A stretch of 64,000 nucleotides of DNA from Adineta vaga (taxonomy: Eukaryota > Animalia > Rotifera), in NCBI GenBank assembly GCA_021613535.1, contig CP075493.1, positions 8,866,001-8,930,000 on the forward strand, read 5' to 3'. Shown one piece after another: positions 14,351 to 29,546 of the stretch (within the stretch, counting starts at the first letter, position 1; every line of letters starts with the position of its first letter). The notes beneath the pieces are model-generated. The model was given only the letters and a program-made list of their open reading frames with translations, did not search any database and was not told where the DNA came from. The translations under genes and the position numbers were made by a program.

Positions 14351-15481
14351 TCCTTGTATTCGATTACTAAAAATAAGATTGAATGAATATATAGAAAAAA
14401 AAATGAATCGATCAAAAGTATGCAAGCTGACGTCAAATTTCGATTGTGTTTTTTCTATTACTCATTAATAGAACACCGATTGAATGAATGGAGAAAAATC
14501 AAGTTCCTACGCTGTTATATTCTAAGGTAAATTTATCACGTTCTGCTATTCTAAAAAAGGAAAAAGAAAAAGATCGTCGCATTAAAAAACATGCAAATGC
14601 GTGTGAAGTACATTCTATCTTTCTCTCAACAGAAACATGATTCATTGAATTGCTTGTTTTTGCATTATGACTCATTGATTTCCATGCGATAATAATCAAA
14701 TTCAATGTACTTATAGAAATAAAAAAAAGTGCAAACTACTGAAAGTTTGATAAATGTTAATATAATTGATCCATCAAGCTTTTGACAATAGGAAATGCAT
14801 TCTAAATATCAAATTTGAAAAGAAAAGTACTTTTCTCTATGGTAAATGAAAATGAAATTCTATGAGAGGATTTTCAATATTAATAGCGCACTTATACATT
14901 ATCTCGTAAAAATGAACTTTTCACACACGAACATTCACATGATAAACAAATGTTTTTCGAAGTTTATCGATCGAAACAATATAATTATCTATAGTTCTTA
15001 GAATCGGTCTTTTGTTAACGTTTGCAATAAATGAATCGATGTGTATATTTTTAGAAACTATTAACTCAATCAATGAAATAAGTAAAAAAACAATTAACAC
15101 GAAAGAAATAAAATAGTTATCTTTTGTCGGACGTAAGAAAAAGGAAATGAACGATTTTAAGTAAGCGGTGAGTTTGATCTGCTTTACTAAGCGAACATTT
15201 CTTCCAATAAATCATAATTTTAATTATCCCGTCACCTTGAATGAAAAATGATGTTTTTCTTTCAAAAAAAAACCATATAGAAAATGTGTTGATTCAACAA
15301 TAACTTATTTATTAAATTGACAGATGAAGTCATATGCATTGATGCACATATAATGATATATATATTTCAATAATATGAAGTCAGCCATAATTGAAAATCT
15401 TATATTTGATATTTATTTTAAAATACAAAGAAAAAGAATAAACATGGAAATAGGTTCTTTTTTTTTCTTTCAATCTCAATG

Positions 15482-16961
15482 TCAAATATTATTTATATTT
15501 GTATTAATTGTCAACGGATCAGACGAAGCGAGTAAAGGCTCTTCTTTTGAAGAACTCTGTTTAATTGATGCTAATTGAATCTTTTCTAAAGTATTTCTTT
15601 TCATATTATAACCGTTTGGTTTTCCATGTATAGATGAATCTCTTGGCATTTGATACGTCGATGCCCGTTCATTATAACCATCAGCTTCACCGATCACACT
15701 CGGAGTACCGTTTAATTGTTCATTATTAAAACAGGAACAAATTTTAAATAAACATGGAATCGTTTGTTGAAATTCTTTTCGAAAATTATCATTTAACCAA
15801 GAATATAAAAATGGATTATAAATTGTTGATGACATTGCAATAACATGTGTACTTAAAAATAATGCTCGATAATGATTTAATTCTTGTCGATGAAATTCAT
15901 TAACCATATGAACAATATTTAATGGTAACCAACAGATGGCAAAAATGACAACCATAGCAATTAACATTCGATTTGTACGTTTTTTACGACAAAGTTCAAC
16001 TTCTTCACGAACACGCGTACGACCGAGTAGAGAGCGACGTGCTAAAGCTACCCATACTTTATAATAACTAAATGATATGACTGAAAATGGTATGAGATAT
16101 TGTAAAACTAAGGATGAAAAATTGAAAAATCGTCGAGATGTATATTGTGGCCAATATTCCTATGGAAACGAAGAAAAAAAAAGTATTTCACCAACTGAAC
16201 TTTCCTTCTCTATACAAAGTCATACTTCACATTTATCACGATCTAATCGCATATAAATAGCTAATGGTAATGAAATTGATATACCGACAATCCAAATCAC
16301 AATAATTAATAATATACAAACACCTAAACGCATACGAGAACGAAATGGATGTACGATAACAAAATAACGATCAACAGCAATAGCTAATGAAGTTAATGTT
16401 GATACGTAAACTAGAAATAGAAAAATAAAATTTATATGACAAAATTATTTCTTTTTTTCTTTCTTACCTGATATTCCTAAAGACATTGGTACAATATGAC
16501 AAAGTATTTTACCCAAATACCATATATCTCCATAAGCTGATATGGGTGTAAATGGAACAGCTAAACAACACATCTAAACAAAAAGAGTTCCGATAAAATC
16601 GTTGAGTAATATAAAGAAAATCTTCTTACAAGAATGTCTGAAAGTGCTAAATTTGTAATAAATACATTTGTTACCGTTTGCATTGCCTTATTTCGGCAAA
16701 CGACATCTGATAAAAGAATAATTCGTTCATAGTTTGTATACAAATGAAAGAATCATATGAATACTTACAGACAACCAATGCATTTCCGGTTATACCGAAG
16801 AAAAAAATCAAAACGTACAATGATATAAATGTTGCCTTAACAATTGGTCGATTTTCTAAAGGCACCATTCGTTCAGTTGCTGTACTCGCTGTTACTAATG
16901 AATCTCTTGTTAAATCTGTAAGGTTCATTACTAGTTGACTATTACTGAGATTTAATGCCAT
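15482..16961 (-). CDS. Rhodopsin-class neuropeptide GPCR, PrRP/sNPF/NPY-receptor-like (5 coding exons)
   Basis: TM1 GITGNALV, MQTVTNVFITNLALSDIL, VPFTP, AIAVDRY, FAICWLPLNI and AMSSTIYNPFLYSWLNDNFRKEF. GT-AG introns near 16710-16771, 16576-16628, 16412-16467 and 16160-16225. Confidence 0.9.
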
Positions 16962-19154
16962 TAATAAATAGATTAATCTAAAAAATGAGCAAAATCTTCA
17001 TTAACATACGTGTAAAATCTACGCATATAAAGAAAAAGTCTTTGTGTCGATTCGTCAAAAATCGTGTCGTCAGTGTAGCATTTCCTCTTTTTTAATAAAT
17101 GTTTTCTTACTATTTTCTTTTCCTTCTTTTTCTCCGTGTAATATTATGTTTGATAGGATAGTTCAGTAAATATATGTATGCATGCAAGCCCGTCATCTTT
17201 TTATTATTGGACTGTTTTTGATAGAATTCTTCATCGTCTATGGAAGGTTTTCATCTCTTTTTTTCTTCTCTTTTTTCTTTTATCACTGTCATAGAATGTG
17301 ATGGAAAAAAAATAAAAGTATGAAGAGAACGACGAGATGAAGAATGAGGAAAAGAAAAGAAAGACGGTTCATATCTCTCCTATTGGTAAATAGAATCGAG
17401 TGTGAATGAGAAAACAGCGAAGCTCAACATTTTTATGTGTACCGACAGCCGCGGGACTGCTCTTTCCAAGATGAATATACTAAAAGATTGTCAAGATTAG
17501 AGCAAGATCTAACCTAATGTTTTAATGACAGTCAGATTTTACTACCTAACGTCTAGATTTCGTGTCATTCTTTCTTTTTCTTTTCCCCTCCTTATATAAA
17601 GAGAGAAGACAAGTTCATTGAATAATCTGAATACTTCTCTGAATAAGAAAAACGACATGACAGCTTGTTGCTGATTTTATTTAGCACCATAGAATATAGT
17701 TCGAACTAATATATGCATATTGTCGTCATTGTTCGTAACTCAAGTCAAAAGAAGATTATTTATTCATGATATTCACATTGTCTTGATGGTATTAGAATGA
17801 GCTTAATATTTCCATTTATTTCTCATGCTTATGCATGCATATCAGTTATCAAGAAAAGAAAAAGAATAGTTGATACTTTCTACCTTAATGCTCAATTTCT
17901 ATTGAGATTAAAACCGATGATACTAGACACACGCAAAATAGAGAATATAAGTTTAACTGTGTTTTCTTATCTGCGAAGAATAAAAATCATACTAACGATG
18001 AGGGTTTTTTTTCAGAATAAATTAAAAAATGCTTAACAATGTCCTCATCCTTGAAAAGAAAACCTTGTCAATGAATATCTATATGAAGAAGAAAAAAAAC
18101 TAAATTAAGAAGCAAAACATATGCTGATATGGACTCTAACGAGAAAGGAAACCGTTTATATAATCGTAATTAATTGAAAGTTAATATAACAAATATTGGT
18201 AATCCTGTTTACTAAATATTCTCTTTTAGCAGAGAAAGAATGTTTGTTTAATGAGTAAATATACATAAAAAAATAATTATTCAAATCCGTTTACGAAAAA
18301 ATACATTTACGAACTCTCTGACTCTATTCATTAGTTATGTTTCTAGTGAGAGCATGGAGGTAAAAAGACACGAAGTTTTCTCCACAAAGAGCCTTTTGAT
18401 CTTCGAGAATTTTGGCTAATGTAAGAATTGTAGAATAAACAATGATTCACATGAATAAAACCCGATAATTACATATTTAAATGTTAAATAACCTCGTGCA
18501 AACAAACCGCTCTCGTTCAACTATAATTAATTGTATCGTCGTCGCTGTTTTCTTTCATATAAATCACTGCTTTTAGAACAAAAAATTCAAGACATGCTCA
18601 TCTGAAAATGAACTTATTAGAACTAGTTATAACGAGCATCAGTTAAATTTCATTTAAAAGTGGATCAAAACTAGTATGTTTTAGATTTATCACTTGAATA
18701 TGAATAGTTGCTAATTTATATTTCCAGTAGAATATTCACAAAATCTAGTCTTGCAAGGCAACAGTAAATATTTAAAAAAAAACATCCATATGTCACGTTA
18801 CTTGTATTCATGTTGGAAAGAAACAACAGCATGCAAATGATTGATAACATTCGATAGAAACCGAGTTACAATCAAAACTTAATTATGAATAATAAAAATA
18901 GACTAAAGAATCTCTCTGTAGTCATGTTTCTCAATTTATATGCACATCATTTCATTTCTATCTACAGAAGAAGAATCAATTTATTTCTCGGAAAAAGTTA
19001 CTTGAGCACAAAGAAAAACAATCGTATCCATAAAACTTTAAAAAACGATACTGTGCATGATTAAACAAAAATAAAACGTGCATAGAATTACTGCTTAGTC
19101 TGAAATATTCATAACCAACATAGAAGTAACTTAAAAGAATGATTAAAAATGAAT

Positions 19155-22100
19155 CTACACCGCTGTTTGACTAGTTTTGGCTTTTACATCACGATGTATT
19201 AGATGTTCAGCTTCTTCCTAAAAAAAACAAGATCAACAAATATTTATCAATAAAATTTGTTTTATATATGAATCTAGCATTGATATTAGTAGTTCAAAGC
19301 GAAAGAAAGGATCTCGTGTGATTCGAATAACCTGTACTAGATGTTATACATAATTTGTTAGATTAGTTAAGATTTTCATGTATTTCATATGAATCAATTG
19401 CGGATATTTTCAATTGTGCCTGAAAACAATTATACGTGAAGTTTTCTCAATTTTGAAAGCAAGTATTTTTAGTATAAGACTGGAAAGAAATGAAAAAATA
19501 AAGTTTGAAATTTTACGATTATTTGTAGTGATGATATCTGATCGGATGTATCAATCGGTATATAATCATTATAGTAGCGTTGTTTTGATACCTAGATGGA
19601 TGGAAGGAGGAAGAGATGATTAATACATCATGCGTATTGAAAGTTTGTAAAGGTATCCGAGCTGAATTCATGCAATTTTTAATATATTAACACCGACCTC
19701 AATGATATTCGACAGACTATCTTCTACAGTATCACGTTTCACTTCATCAAAGTTATGAACTGATGCTGTATGAAGGGTATCGAATGGTATCTGCATATGA
19801 TATACTGTAAAAGTAACATTCAATGAATATGGAGATGACTTACTGATTTTCTTTGAGTATTGACACCTTCGGGTGTTTGTGGTATTCGTACATTTCGAGG
19901 ACAGAGAATCGACGAATTCGGCCAACATTAGTACCAGGTAGAATATCATCAAGCCAAAAGAGTTCTTCTTGTGTAAAAATTTTATCCATTAATTTACGTA
20001 CAAAACATGTTGCTAATACCTAATAAAGATATAGTTTTATTTTGATTATCTATGTAGTAATTATTCAAATATACTAGTAATGGAAAACAAATAGCAATGG
20101 ATTTGATGCTTTTCACGGCAAACATGCCAACTAATGCAATAACTTGAATAAAAGTAAATAGATGAACACGTCCAATTCGTACGTGTCGTAAATATGGATG
20201 ATCAGGTTGATGTTTTTGTGGCATGAAAAATAATAAAACACGATCAAAAATCTATATGTACAGAATAAATTTATAAATAGTAAATCAAGAAGAATCTATA
20301 TTTTACTTACTTGCATATTACGTAGAGCAGTTACACCCATAAACATAAAAACACCATAAAGAACAGGCATTGGAATGTACTAAATAAAGTATTGGTAAAC
20401 AAGTATAAAACATTTCGAGGTCTTTAAATTGATCAATCAAGTAGCTATAGTCTCTTAATACGAGATACGTATCATATTGTGTATTCCTACATATTGAGCT
20501 ACTACCCGTTCTATTATTTCGATAACAATCAGTGAAAAAGAAATTTATCCAAGTGACATGCTGCTTCATGTTGTGCTAAAAATTTGCAGAACTGATGTTT
20601 TCCTGTGATCAACGACGAAGAACGATATATATACTATTAGCTTCTTGTGTATATTCCTGACACTCATTGAACTTAAATTAAATCATGATCTATTTAGTAT
20701 TTTTACTTATTCAAAGAATGGTATAGGAATAATCTATTTATATTTCAATGTAAACAACTTACACCTAGAATATGTGTGAAAAAGACACTTAAACCAGTCA
20801 GAATAGCCATTAACAAAGCACTAGCACGTTGTTCACTGGAAGTAAAATAGATTTGACTTTTCTTTTTTCAGTTAGACTAAAATAAACATACAGAATTCCT
20901 TGAAATTTCGGTTTTTCTCCCGGAGCTGAATTTTCACTCATAATTTTCAATGCATTAACATGTGTTAAAGCTAATACTGTTGCTGCAACAAACCATGGTA
21001 AACCAAGTAAAGATTGGATTAAAATTGTAATTGATAAAATGAATAAATCAAGATGATAACCAAGTTTTTTCTATGAAAAAAAAACCAAAAAAACAAACAA
21101 TATTTGTAGAAAAATAGTTGATTTCTTCAATTACTTTTAATTTAAATTCTTTTCGATTAATAATTACAGCTGTTATTTGTTGATCCATAAAAATTAATAT
21201 TGTTGCTATCATAGCTGGAATGCTTGCTAACGGTATAGTCCAAAGCTGATTTTTTCCAAAAAATGGTATTAACCATCCTCGATCATGAGGTCGTGTGGGT
21301 ATAACATCAGTTGGAACATGTAATTTTGGTGTATTCAACCGTAAATATGCATCCCAAACAGACATTATTATAATAGCAATTAAAACAGAAAAATCACCGA
21401 GAATTGTTCGAATCTAGAAATGAAGAAATCGTAATCGAAATTAAATCATTTCATTTTACTTTGCTTGGAAAAAAGGTGCTTTGCCGAAATTCTTGTAAAC
21501 CCATACAAATAAAGAATGTGAAAACGAATAAAAGAACAGAGAAAAAGAATATATCAGCATGATAAACGGGTGTTGAACAACCAGAACCAATAACAAAACC
21601 ACCTGCTTGTATACATGCAGTTTGTGATGTTTTATTTAAGTTTATTCCATTAAATAAATAATCGACAATAGTAGTATCATTAATAGTCGTTTCATTATAT
21701 CCAATATCAGTAAATAAACATGAGCAAGAATAATCTAATAGAACATTAGGTCGATAATTGACAGGATAAATTTTACGAATTTTTAAAATTTCACGAATAG
21801 CATCGTAGATAAAAATTAATGCTACTAACGAAGCAAAACAATCTTCCGTAAAACGTGTGATGTATTTAACAAGAAAACTTAAATTAAATGTAACAAATAT
21901 AAGTAGGAAGAAAAAGATCCAAATACCAATCCATAAACGAAATTCTAGAAAGTTAACACGATAATCTCTAAAAAGAGATTTATAGTAAGTGTGATTTGAA
22001 AAATCCATAAAATCAATTTACGTACTTGCACATATGTTCTATAATACGTTCAAGAATTAACATTGGGCCAGTAGCAGAAAGAATATTAAGAGGTTGACCA

Positions 22101-24348
22101 GCAAATAATGCAAATAGAATACCACTAATCGACGCAGCAAGAATACATTCCATGGTAGCCTAGAATAAAATTATATCTTATGTGGTCTATTTATAACGAT
22201 ATCTATTATGAAATGATTATAACAATATTCACTAAAGAATGATCTTCCTTAAATTGTAACTATAATTCTTACCATATAATTTTCCGTTGCTGTTCCAAGC
22301 ATACCACCAAATGCAACAACTGAACAAAGACAGACGAGATAAAGATAAAGTGTAGCTGCTAAACATTGTAAACTAGCACAATCAGTAAAATCTGATAAAT
22401 AAAATGGTAATTTAGTTCGAATATCTCTAATTAATCCATGAAATGGTCTAAAACGAATTTGATTTGAGTAAGATATTACTTTCTCTATTTAATCGTTACC
22501 TTTTCGATGCTACTAAATTGGGATCTGTATGAGGAGTCAAATCAATTTCTTCAACTTCACCAACGATTTCTTCTGATGTTTGTGCTTGTCGTTCTTCCTA
22601 GGAAAGAAATATTAATCTCATCATAAAACTTCTTTTCAAATTACTTTGCTCGTATATTTTGGCGGTGGTTCAATACGAATTGTTGGATCCCATTCTGATG
22701 GTGGAATAACATATGTATCTTGCATAAATCGATCCATCATTTTAATAATATCATTTGAGTCTGTCGATAAATACGCATACTCTCGACAAATATCATCGGT
22801 TAAAATCGTTGCCATAGTTCTTCCAATTTGTAATAATTGTTTTTCACTATCTTCTGGACCAATAATAACAACAAGAAAACGTGAAGGAAGTTTGATTTCG
22901 AGCATGCCAGGTATTTCAAATGGTTTTTGTAAACGAACAAAAGCAAGTGTTGCTTTAGTAACGAAATCAACTGGACAAATGAGAATTGATGCACCTTCAG
23001 ATTTACCATCAATCTTCTTTTGTAATTTGACGTTATAATCCTAAAATAAACAGATCATTTAAATATTATCATCGAAAATCAATATAAAATTCTCAATTAA
23101 TAATCGAACTAGAATGTAGAATTCATGCAAAATTAGTAGAAATATTATTTTTAGTTTTCTTTACATTTATATCTCTTTCAACAGCAATTCTATTTAAACT
23201 TTTTAAAAGATTTTTATTGAATTTCATCCAATACTAAATGAAATTGATTCCGATGTATTTCTCTTATTTTTCTTCTCGATCATCTTACTTTCGATGATGG
23301 TTGTGACAAACTATGTGTATCTTCTTGATCAGCTGCCATCAGATCTGTAGAATTTGATGGTTTGCCAATCAGATGAGATGCTGACATTTCTGTTTCATCA
23401 CCTAGAGATTTCTGAAATCAATATCGAACAAGATGAAAGTAAAAATCAAACCTTGTCGATAGTGATTATTATTGATAACAAAACTAGGGCTGGGATGAAG
23501 ACCTTGCTTTGAAATACTAACTGAACTAGCAGTTTTTGTAACGGAACGTTTTTCATGATGATGAAAATGTGGTAAACCAAGAATCCACACAAGTTTTTGT
23601 GCATGTGCAGAATTTTGAAAATAGTTTGCCTCAATCATTGATTGAACAATCGTTTCTACGAAGATAAATAAATCGATATTGAGTTTTATGAAATGTTATT
23701 GGAAAAATATTCACGTGAAATTGTTGCTAAATCATTAGCTGGAATATTTAAAAGAATGACGCCATTTTGAAGGAGATTTTTTAGATCTAACAAAGCTGAT
23801 TGCATCAATGTAGCAACATGTGGTTTAGACCATCGACCAAGAACATTTTCTGCTATCTCTTCAAATCGTACCCAACTGAAAGATTCATATGATTTAAATA
23901 AATTCATCATCAGAAACATGTACATTACCGAGCTTTTTCCTTCCAATACGCATAATCAGCTTCTTCCGATCGACGAAGTATATCCAATTGACAAAATAAT
24001 TGTGGAACATCTTCTTCACTTGATTGAAAAGGTTCCAGTGATGACTAAGAGTGAAAAGTAACATAATTACTATCTCATCTGCATGGTAATTACAAATAGT
24101 TTTAGGTTCATCATTCAATGAACTGTCTATACAACATGAAACCTTACCTCTGTTCTTTTCGCAGAATGATGCTGTTGCACCATAGTGTCTGTATCAGAGT
24201 GACGTCGATTTGTTCCGTCTAACGAAATCAAGAAAAACGTAAATAAAGGTGAAATTCATTGTCATTTAAAAATCTCAGTTTTCTTCGTGAATTAAAAGAA
24301 TGACCTACAAATATCAACGTTGTCCTCTTCGCCATCGACGTTCATCAT
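19155..24348 (-). CDS. SLC4 family anion exchanger / Na+-bicarbonate cotransporter (multi-exon)
   Basis: ARWVRFEE, WSKPHVATL, EWDPTIRIEPP, FYLSDFTD, VKYITRFTEDCFASL, LIFMDQQITAVIINRKEFKL, GLPWFVAATVL, IPMPVLYGVFMFMG, MPQKHQPD and ELFWLDD. Last exon EEAEHLIHRDVKAKTSQTAV* ends at 19155. Exact start and terminal exon choice are uncertain. Confidence 0.9.
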
Positions 24349-27117
24349 CTTCGCAGACTCTCAAGAAAATTTGTAAAATGCCAAAATAATATATATGCAC
24401 TGTTTCTTTCTCTCTTTCTGCTTTTTTCATTTGCTAATTTATTTATTGACTGTTCTGTATATTAGAAAGAAAAGAAAGAGAAAAATTAATAACTAGATTG
24501 ATATTCAACTCTCAATAAAAAAACAAATCGAGAATTTTTATTCAAAGAATCATCTAAGATTTCACTTCGATACTTGCTGTCATGATCATGTCGATTAGAC
24601 AAAGTCAAAAAAGAATAAGATGTAACAAAAATAAAGAAAATGTCTTAACCTAATGTTTATTATTATTAAGCAAAAACGTCTCAAAATGTTCTTTTCTTTA
24701 TCAAAAGTTCGACACAAAATTCAGATTATTATTTCGACATTGTTCTCATCTTCAATGCCTTCCACTACTATAGAACATATGTGAATTCGATAGAATTGAA
24801 CACGAGAAAAATCGAAGCGGAAAATCTTTACCGTACCTATTCATATTTATCATCATTATGTCATGTTATGTTATGAATCAAACTTCGCACATTTAGTTTG
24901 TCTACGATCGATGTCACTGATTATTGTATATGATCTATCAAGCGATGCTAACTTTCAAAACATCATCATTATACGATTTATATCATTGATTGACAATAAT
25001 AAAAATATAATGATGAATATACTTTTGTCTTTCTACAAACATTGTACTTAGCTGGTAAATAAACCTATTACATCACAAAAGAAAAATATTGTATTTAATT
25101 GCAATAAACTAAATAAATTGAAGTTTCGATTTGTATCTTATGATTTATATATGTTTGCAAACCTTGCTTTTCTATCTTCAAATAACAAAAAAGAAAGAAT
25201 TTTGAAAAACACAGGTTCGAGTAAATATCACAGACACAAAACTATGTAAATAATGACAAATTATCAATTACATTCGATCTTTTGCTTTTTCTCACAGGAA
25301 ATAATACATCAATTTCTTTTTCAATAACAAAAAGAATTCACTCTGCTGATAAATAACCATATAAACTAGATTTTTTCCTAGTTAAAATATGACTGCTATA
25401 CTCTTTTTTTGGACGATAAGTTCGAATTATTTTCAAGCTTAGTATTTCTACCTGGAAGAATATGTTTCGCAATGATTTTTGTTACTCTATCACATGATAT
25501 ATAAAAACTAACTGAAATCTACTCGGTTGATACTTATCTTCGATGCATTCCTAGGCAGTAGTACGATAGCATATACTTATTGCAATTATGATACTTTATA
25601 TATTCTTTTAGCTGCTGACACTTATCAAAATACGCTATTAAGACTTCTGTTGTATCATCAACATATACTTACCATGATGTATCTTTGTATTACCAGTTAT
25701 AGTTGCATCACGTGAACGAGACATCTTAGATTAGTATTATTTCAATGTAAATGAAATTACTAAAATCGAGACTAGATATAAAAATTATTATCGTATAATT
25801 TGGATTATCTTACTTGTTGCATATAGCCGTTTATATTAAAGAAATTGATATAATTAACTTTATCTCTTTATATATATATATATATATTTTTTTTTCTTAC
25901 CTCTATTACCTGTAATCGACAATACAAAACTATGAATAGTACTGCTCATTAATCGAACGAATGATAGTGTTATATAAATGAAGGACTCGTTAGCTAGTGT
26001 AAAGAGCAATCATTCAGGTAGAAAGGTAAAATCCGAAGATATAAAACGCTAGTCGTATTTGGTCTCACGCTCGGTTTCTTTCTACACATACATGTATATC
26101 ATATAGGTATAATATCATATGCAATGAGATGGATGTTTGCAAACACTTAACAAAAAAGAAAAAAAAATCATAAGTAAACCTAACAGAAAATACAATCCAT
26201 TAATTTAATTTTTATTACCTTTGAACATTTTCTTGTGATAGTGAGTTGTTACTTTTTTTGTTATTTTATCTGAAACTAAACAAAAATATTTTTATGGTGA
26301 TCGATGATTTCGAGACGCATATTATACTGAAATGTTTTCGACTAATATGTTTTGACAGATACAACTAGAATTGGTCAATAATAATCAGTCAGTAGGTAAC
26401 TGATGTTTTACTATGTAAGATTAAATTAAACTTTTTATTTTTCATTTTTGACTAATTCTTATCCAACACAACTATAGAGTATATGTTCACTTATATGAGA
26501 TGAAAATCTTTCCCTTGACATTCAATTGAAGATATCATAAAAGCTTTGATCGCTCTACACGATACTAGGTGATAAAATTTGTTTTACAATAACTCAAGAT
26601 TTGTCGTCAATTAAATGAAATAAATATTTTCAGGAAATTAGTATAATTCTTTTGCATTTCTACTTTCAAAAAAAAAGATGACATTCTCAATATTATCAGT
26701 ATGAATCTCTATACTACTTTGTAATGGTGCGCTTTAAATAATATTTTTCCATACTAATTCTAAATCGATCCCTATGCTAGGAGAACGTTTGTCAATATTA
26801 TTTCAATCTGTAATAAACCGTCTTAACTATTTGTACAGATTTCGATGTTTGCCAATATGGTTACACGAACGAAACATCTGATATTCTGTTGTAATAAGAG
26901 CAGTCCTATTGCGCCATCTTTTCTTATTATTTTCGATGTTTTATATTGGTACTCCAATCGATTGCATTCGTTTAATTAAATATTTATTTTATTTTATTGA
27001 TTGAAACTTTGCAATTAGTCATTGCTTATTGAAATGAAGAATACAAAATATATGCAAAGATTATACTGGAAAAATTAATGATTGAAATAATAGCAGATTG
27101 ATTTTGAACAAAAGAAA

Positions 27118-28817
27118 ATGACGAACTATTTAGATAGTTATAAAAGTATATTTCTTGATATAAAATTACGAGATTTTTGGACGATATTTTCTTTGATACG
27201 CAATGAAAAACGACTTCCATCGTATGATGTTATAGCTGATAATATTGTCCAGTTTTGGCTGGAGAAAAATCATTATACAAAGCATTATTATTTACCATTA
27301 TTATGTGTTCGAACCGGTTTTGATTTATTTCTACGTGTTAATCAATTTCCTGAACAAAGTGAAATTATTATGTCAGCAATTAATATTCCATCTATGATAA
27401 CTTTAGTGCAATGTCATCGTTTAAAAGTTATACCATGCGATATTAATTTGGATACATTAGAAATCGATATAAATCATCTTAAACGTCTAATAACATCGAA
27501 AACCGTTGCTATTGTTTATGCACATATTTACGGTCGATGTGTCGATGTATCAACATTAGTTGATTTAGCCTATGAAAAGAATATTTACTTTATTGAAGAT
27601 TGTGCCGAAAGTTTCTCTGGATTTTGTTCGTGTTCAACAGAAAGTCAAAAGTAAGAATTCTTCTTTAGCAATGAGTAAAAAGGAAACTGTAGATATAATT
27701 CCTTAAAAAAAGTCTATATAAAAAACATAGTCACACTTACCTTCGGATCAATAAGATAATTCATGTCTTATATGTAGAAAATGATTCAGAATATATGTAA
27801 TTCACCTTTTTTTTCTCATGATACTCGTCTTAATTAAAGATAATTACAAAGATAATACTTTCATGTTACACGTCATTTACTAATCTTGTCAAAAAAAAAA
27901 TTTTTATAGTTCAATTGCATAAATAACACTTTTATTTGTCATCTTTTAGTTTTGCACTCGATATGTATTGTCCAACAAGACTGACAACTAATTATGAATC
28001 AACATGTTATACAGGCCATCCACGTTCTCATGTAGTTTTATACAGTTTTGGTGTTTTAAAATTTTGTACATCACTAGGTGGTGGTGTGGCGAAAATATCT
28101 GATTTTAATTTATATACGAAAATGTTGAATCTATCTCATCAAGATCCAATTCAATCAACAGAACAATATTCAATAAATGTGAAAAAATATTTTTATCTCT
28201 TTTGGTTATTAAATATTCCATATGTAATTAAACCATTGATGTATTTAGTACGTTTATTTAAATTAAATCATATGGAATTTGTTGTTAATCGTCTTCGTGC
28301 TTTTACAAAAGCTCCTCAATCTAACGAATTATTTCTTTCCTTACGTCGTCAACCATGCCGACCCTTACTTGCGTTTCTTTTACATCGTTTTCAAACTTAT
28401 AATTATCAACATTTACAAATTCAAAAACGAAATGCTTTATATGTTATTCAACATTTGACTAAAACATCTAATCTTCAATTTATTGGTATGAAATGTCCAA
28501 TACAAAACTTTTGGTTATTTCCAATTCTTGTTGCAAAACCTGATTTATTTGTGAAAATTCTTTCAAAACATCATATCGATGCTTATCGTGGTACAACACA
28601 ATTAAATGTTATTACAAAACAATTAACTGATACTGATAATATTCCCATAAGTATAGATGATTATCACAAATGTCCAAACGCTGAATATTTAATTGAACAT
28701 GTGATTTATCTTCCTGTACATTGTTATGTACCAAAACAAGTTTTAAATCAATTGATTGAAATTGTTAATCGAACAGCCAAAGAAATTGATCAATATCATT
28801 TAAAATCAAAATTATGA
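27118..28817 (+). CDS. DegT/DnrJ/EryC1/StrS-family PLP-dependent aminotransferase-like protein (2 exons: 27118-27650, 27950-28817)
   Basis: VRTGFDLFL, ITSKTVAIVYAHIYG, FIEDCAES (PLP-binding Asp), YSFGVLKFCTSLGGG (catalytic Lys) and C-terminal CPNAEYLIEHVIYLPVH. GTAAG...TTTAG intron at 27651-27949. Confidence 0.85.
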
Positions 28818-29546
28818 ATCTGTTTCTTCTACTTTTTTTTGTTTCATTGTTTTCTTTTTATGATCTTTATTTTTTTTACTGCTTTTTCTCTTGAACTTTC
28901 CGATTGCGATATCACCAGAGTGCGTTATATTGAGAACAAGAAAGAAAAAAACCATATGTGCTGTTGAGACTGTGATAGTGAATTGCTTAACCTGATAAAT
29001 TTTTATTGTAAAATTCTCCATCTATTTCTTTTTGTATATAGCATATTATCGGTAAAGAGAATTAAAAGAAAAAAAGCATTATAAGAACAAAAAGTTTTCT
29101 TTCAATTGATAGAATAACATTAAAAATTATTCATTATGAAAAGTAATAGAAGTTTTATGTGCAAGTAATTCTTAATTTCCGAATGAATTCGAACGGAAAT
29201 CCATTATCTTCATATGATCTCAATTGAGAAAATGTTCATAGGATTCTTATTTCAATAATCTGATGTCTCCTATATAATTTAATAACTTCAAATCATCAAA
29301 ATATCGAATGACTATGCTGATCAAGTTACCGAATTAAATTTGTTTGGGTGTCAATATCCTTGACATAAATCTTTTGTTGATATATTTCATTTGAAAATGA
29401 CACTAGGTTTGCTAGAAATCGGAGTAGACAATGTGAAGAAAGAAAAAAAAAGAAGACAGTACACGAATCACTCGATAACCCAATGGAGGAACAAGAAAAA
29501 AGAAACTAATAAAAGGAATAACAACGAATGAGATTAAAATTGTCCA

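Noticed and set aside
22646-23038. 130-aa plus-strand ORF
   Set aside because: Antisense shadow of an SLC4 exon.
26500-26990. Moderately complex intergenic stretch resembling a decayed gene or transposon
   Set aside because: Stops in all frames examined, and no recognisable motif or terminal repeats.
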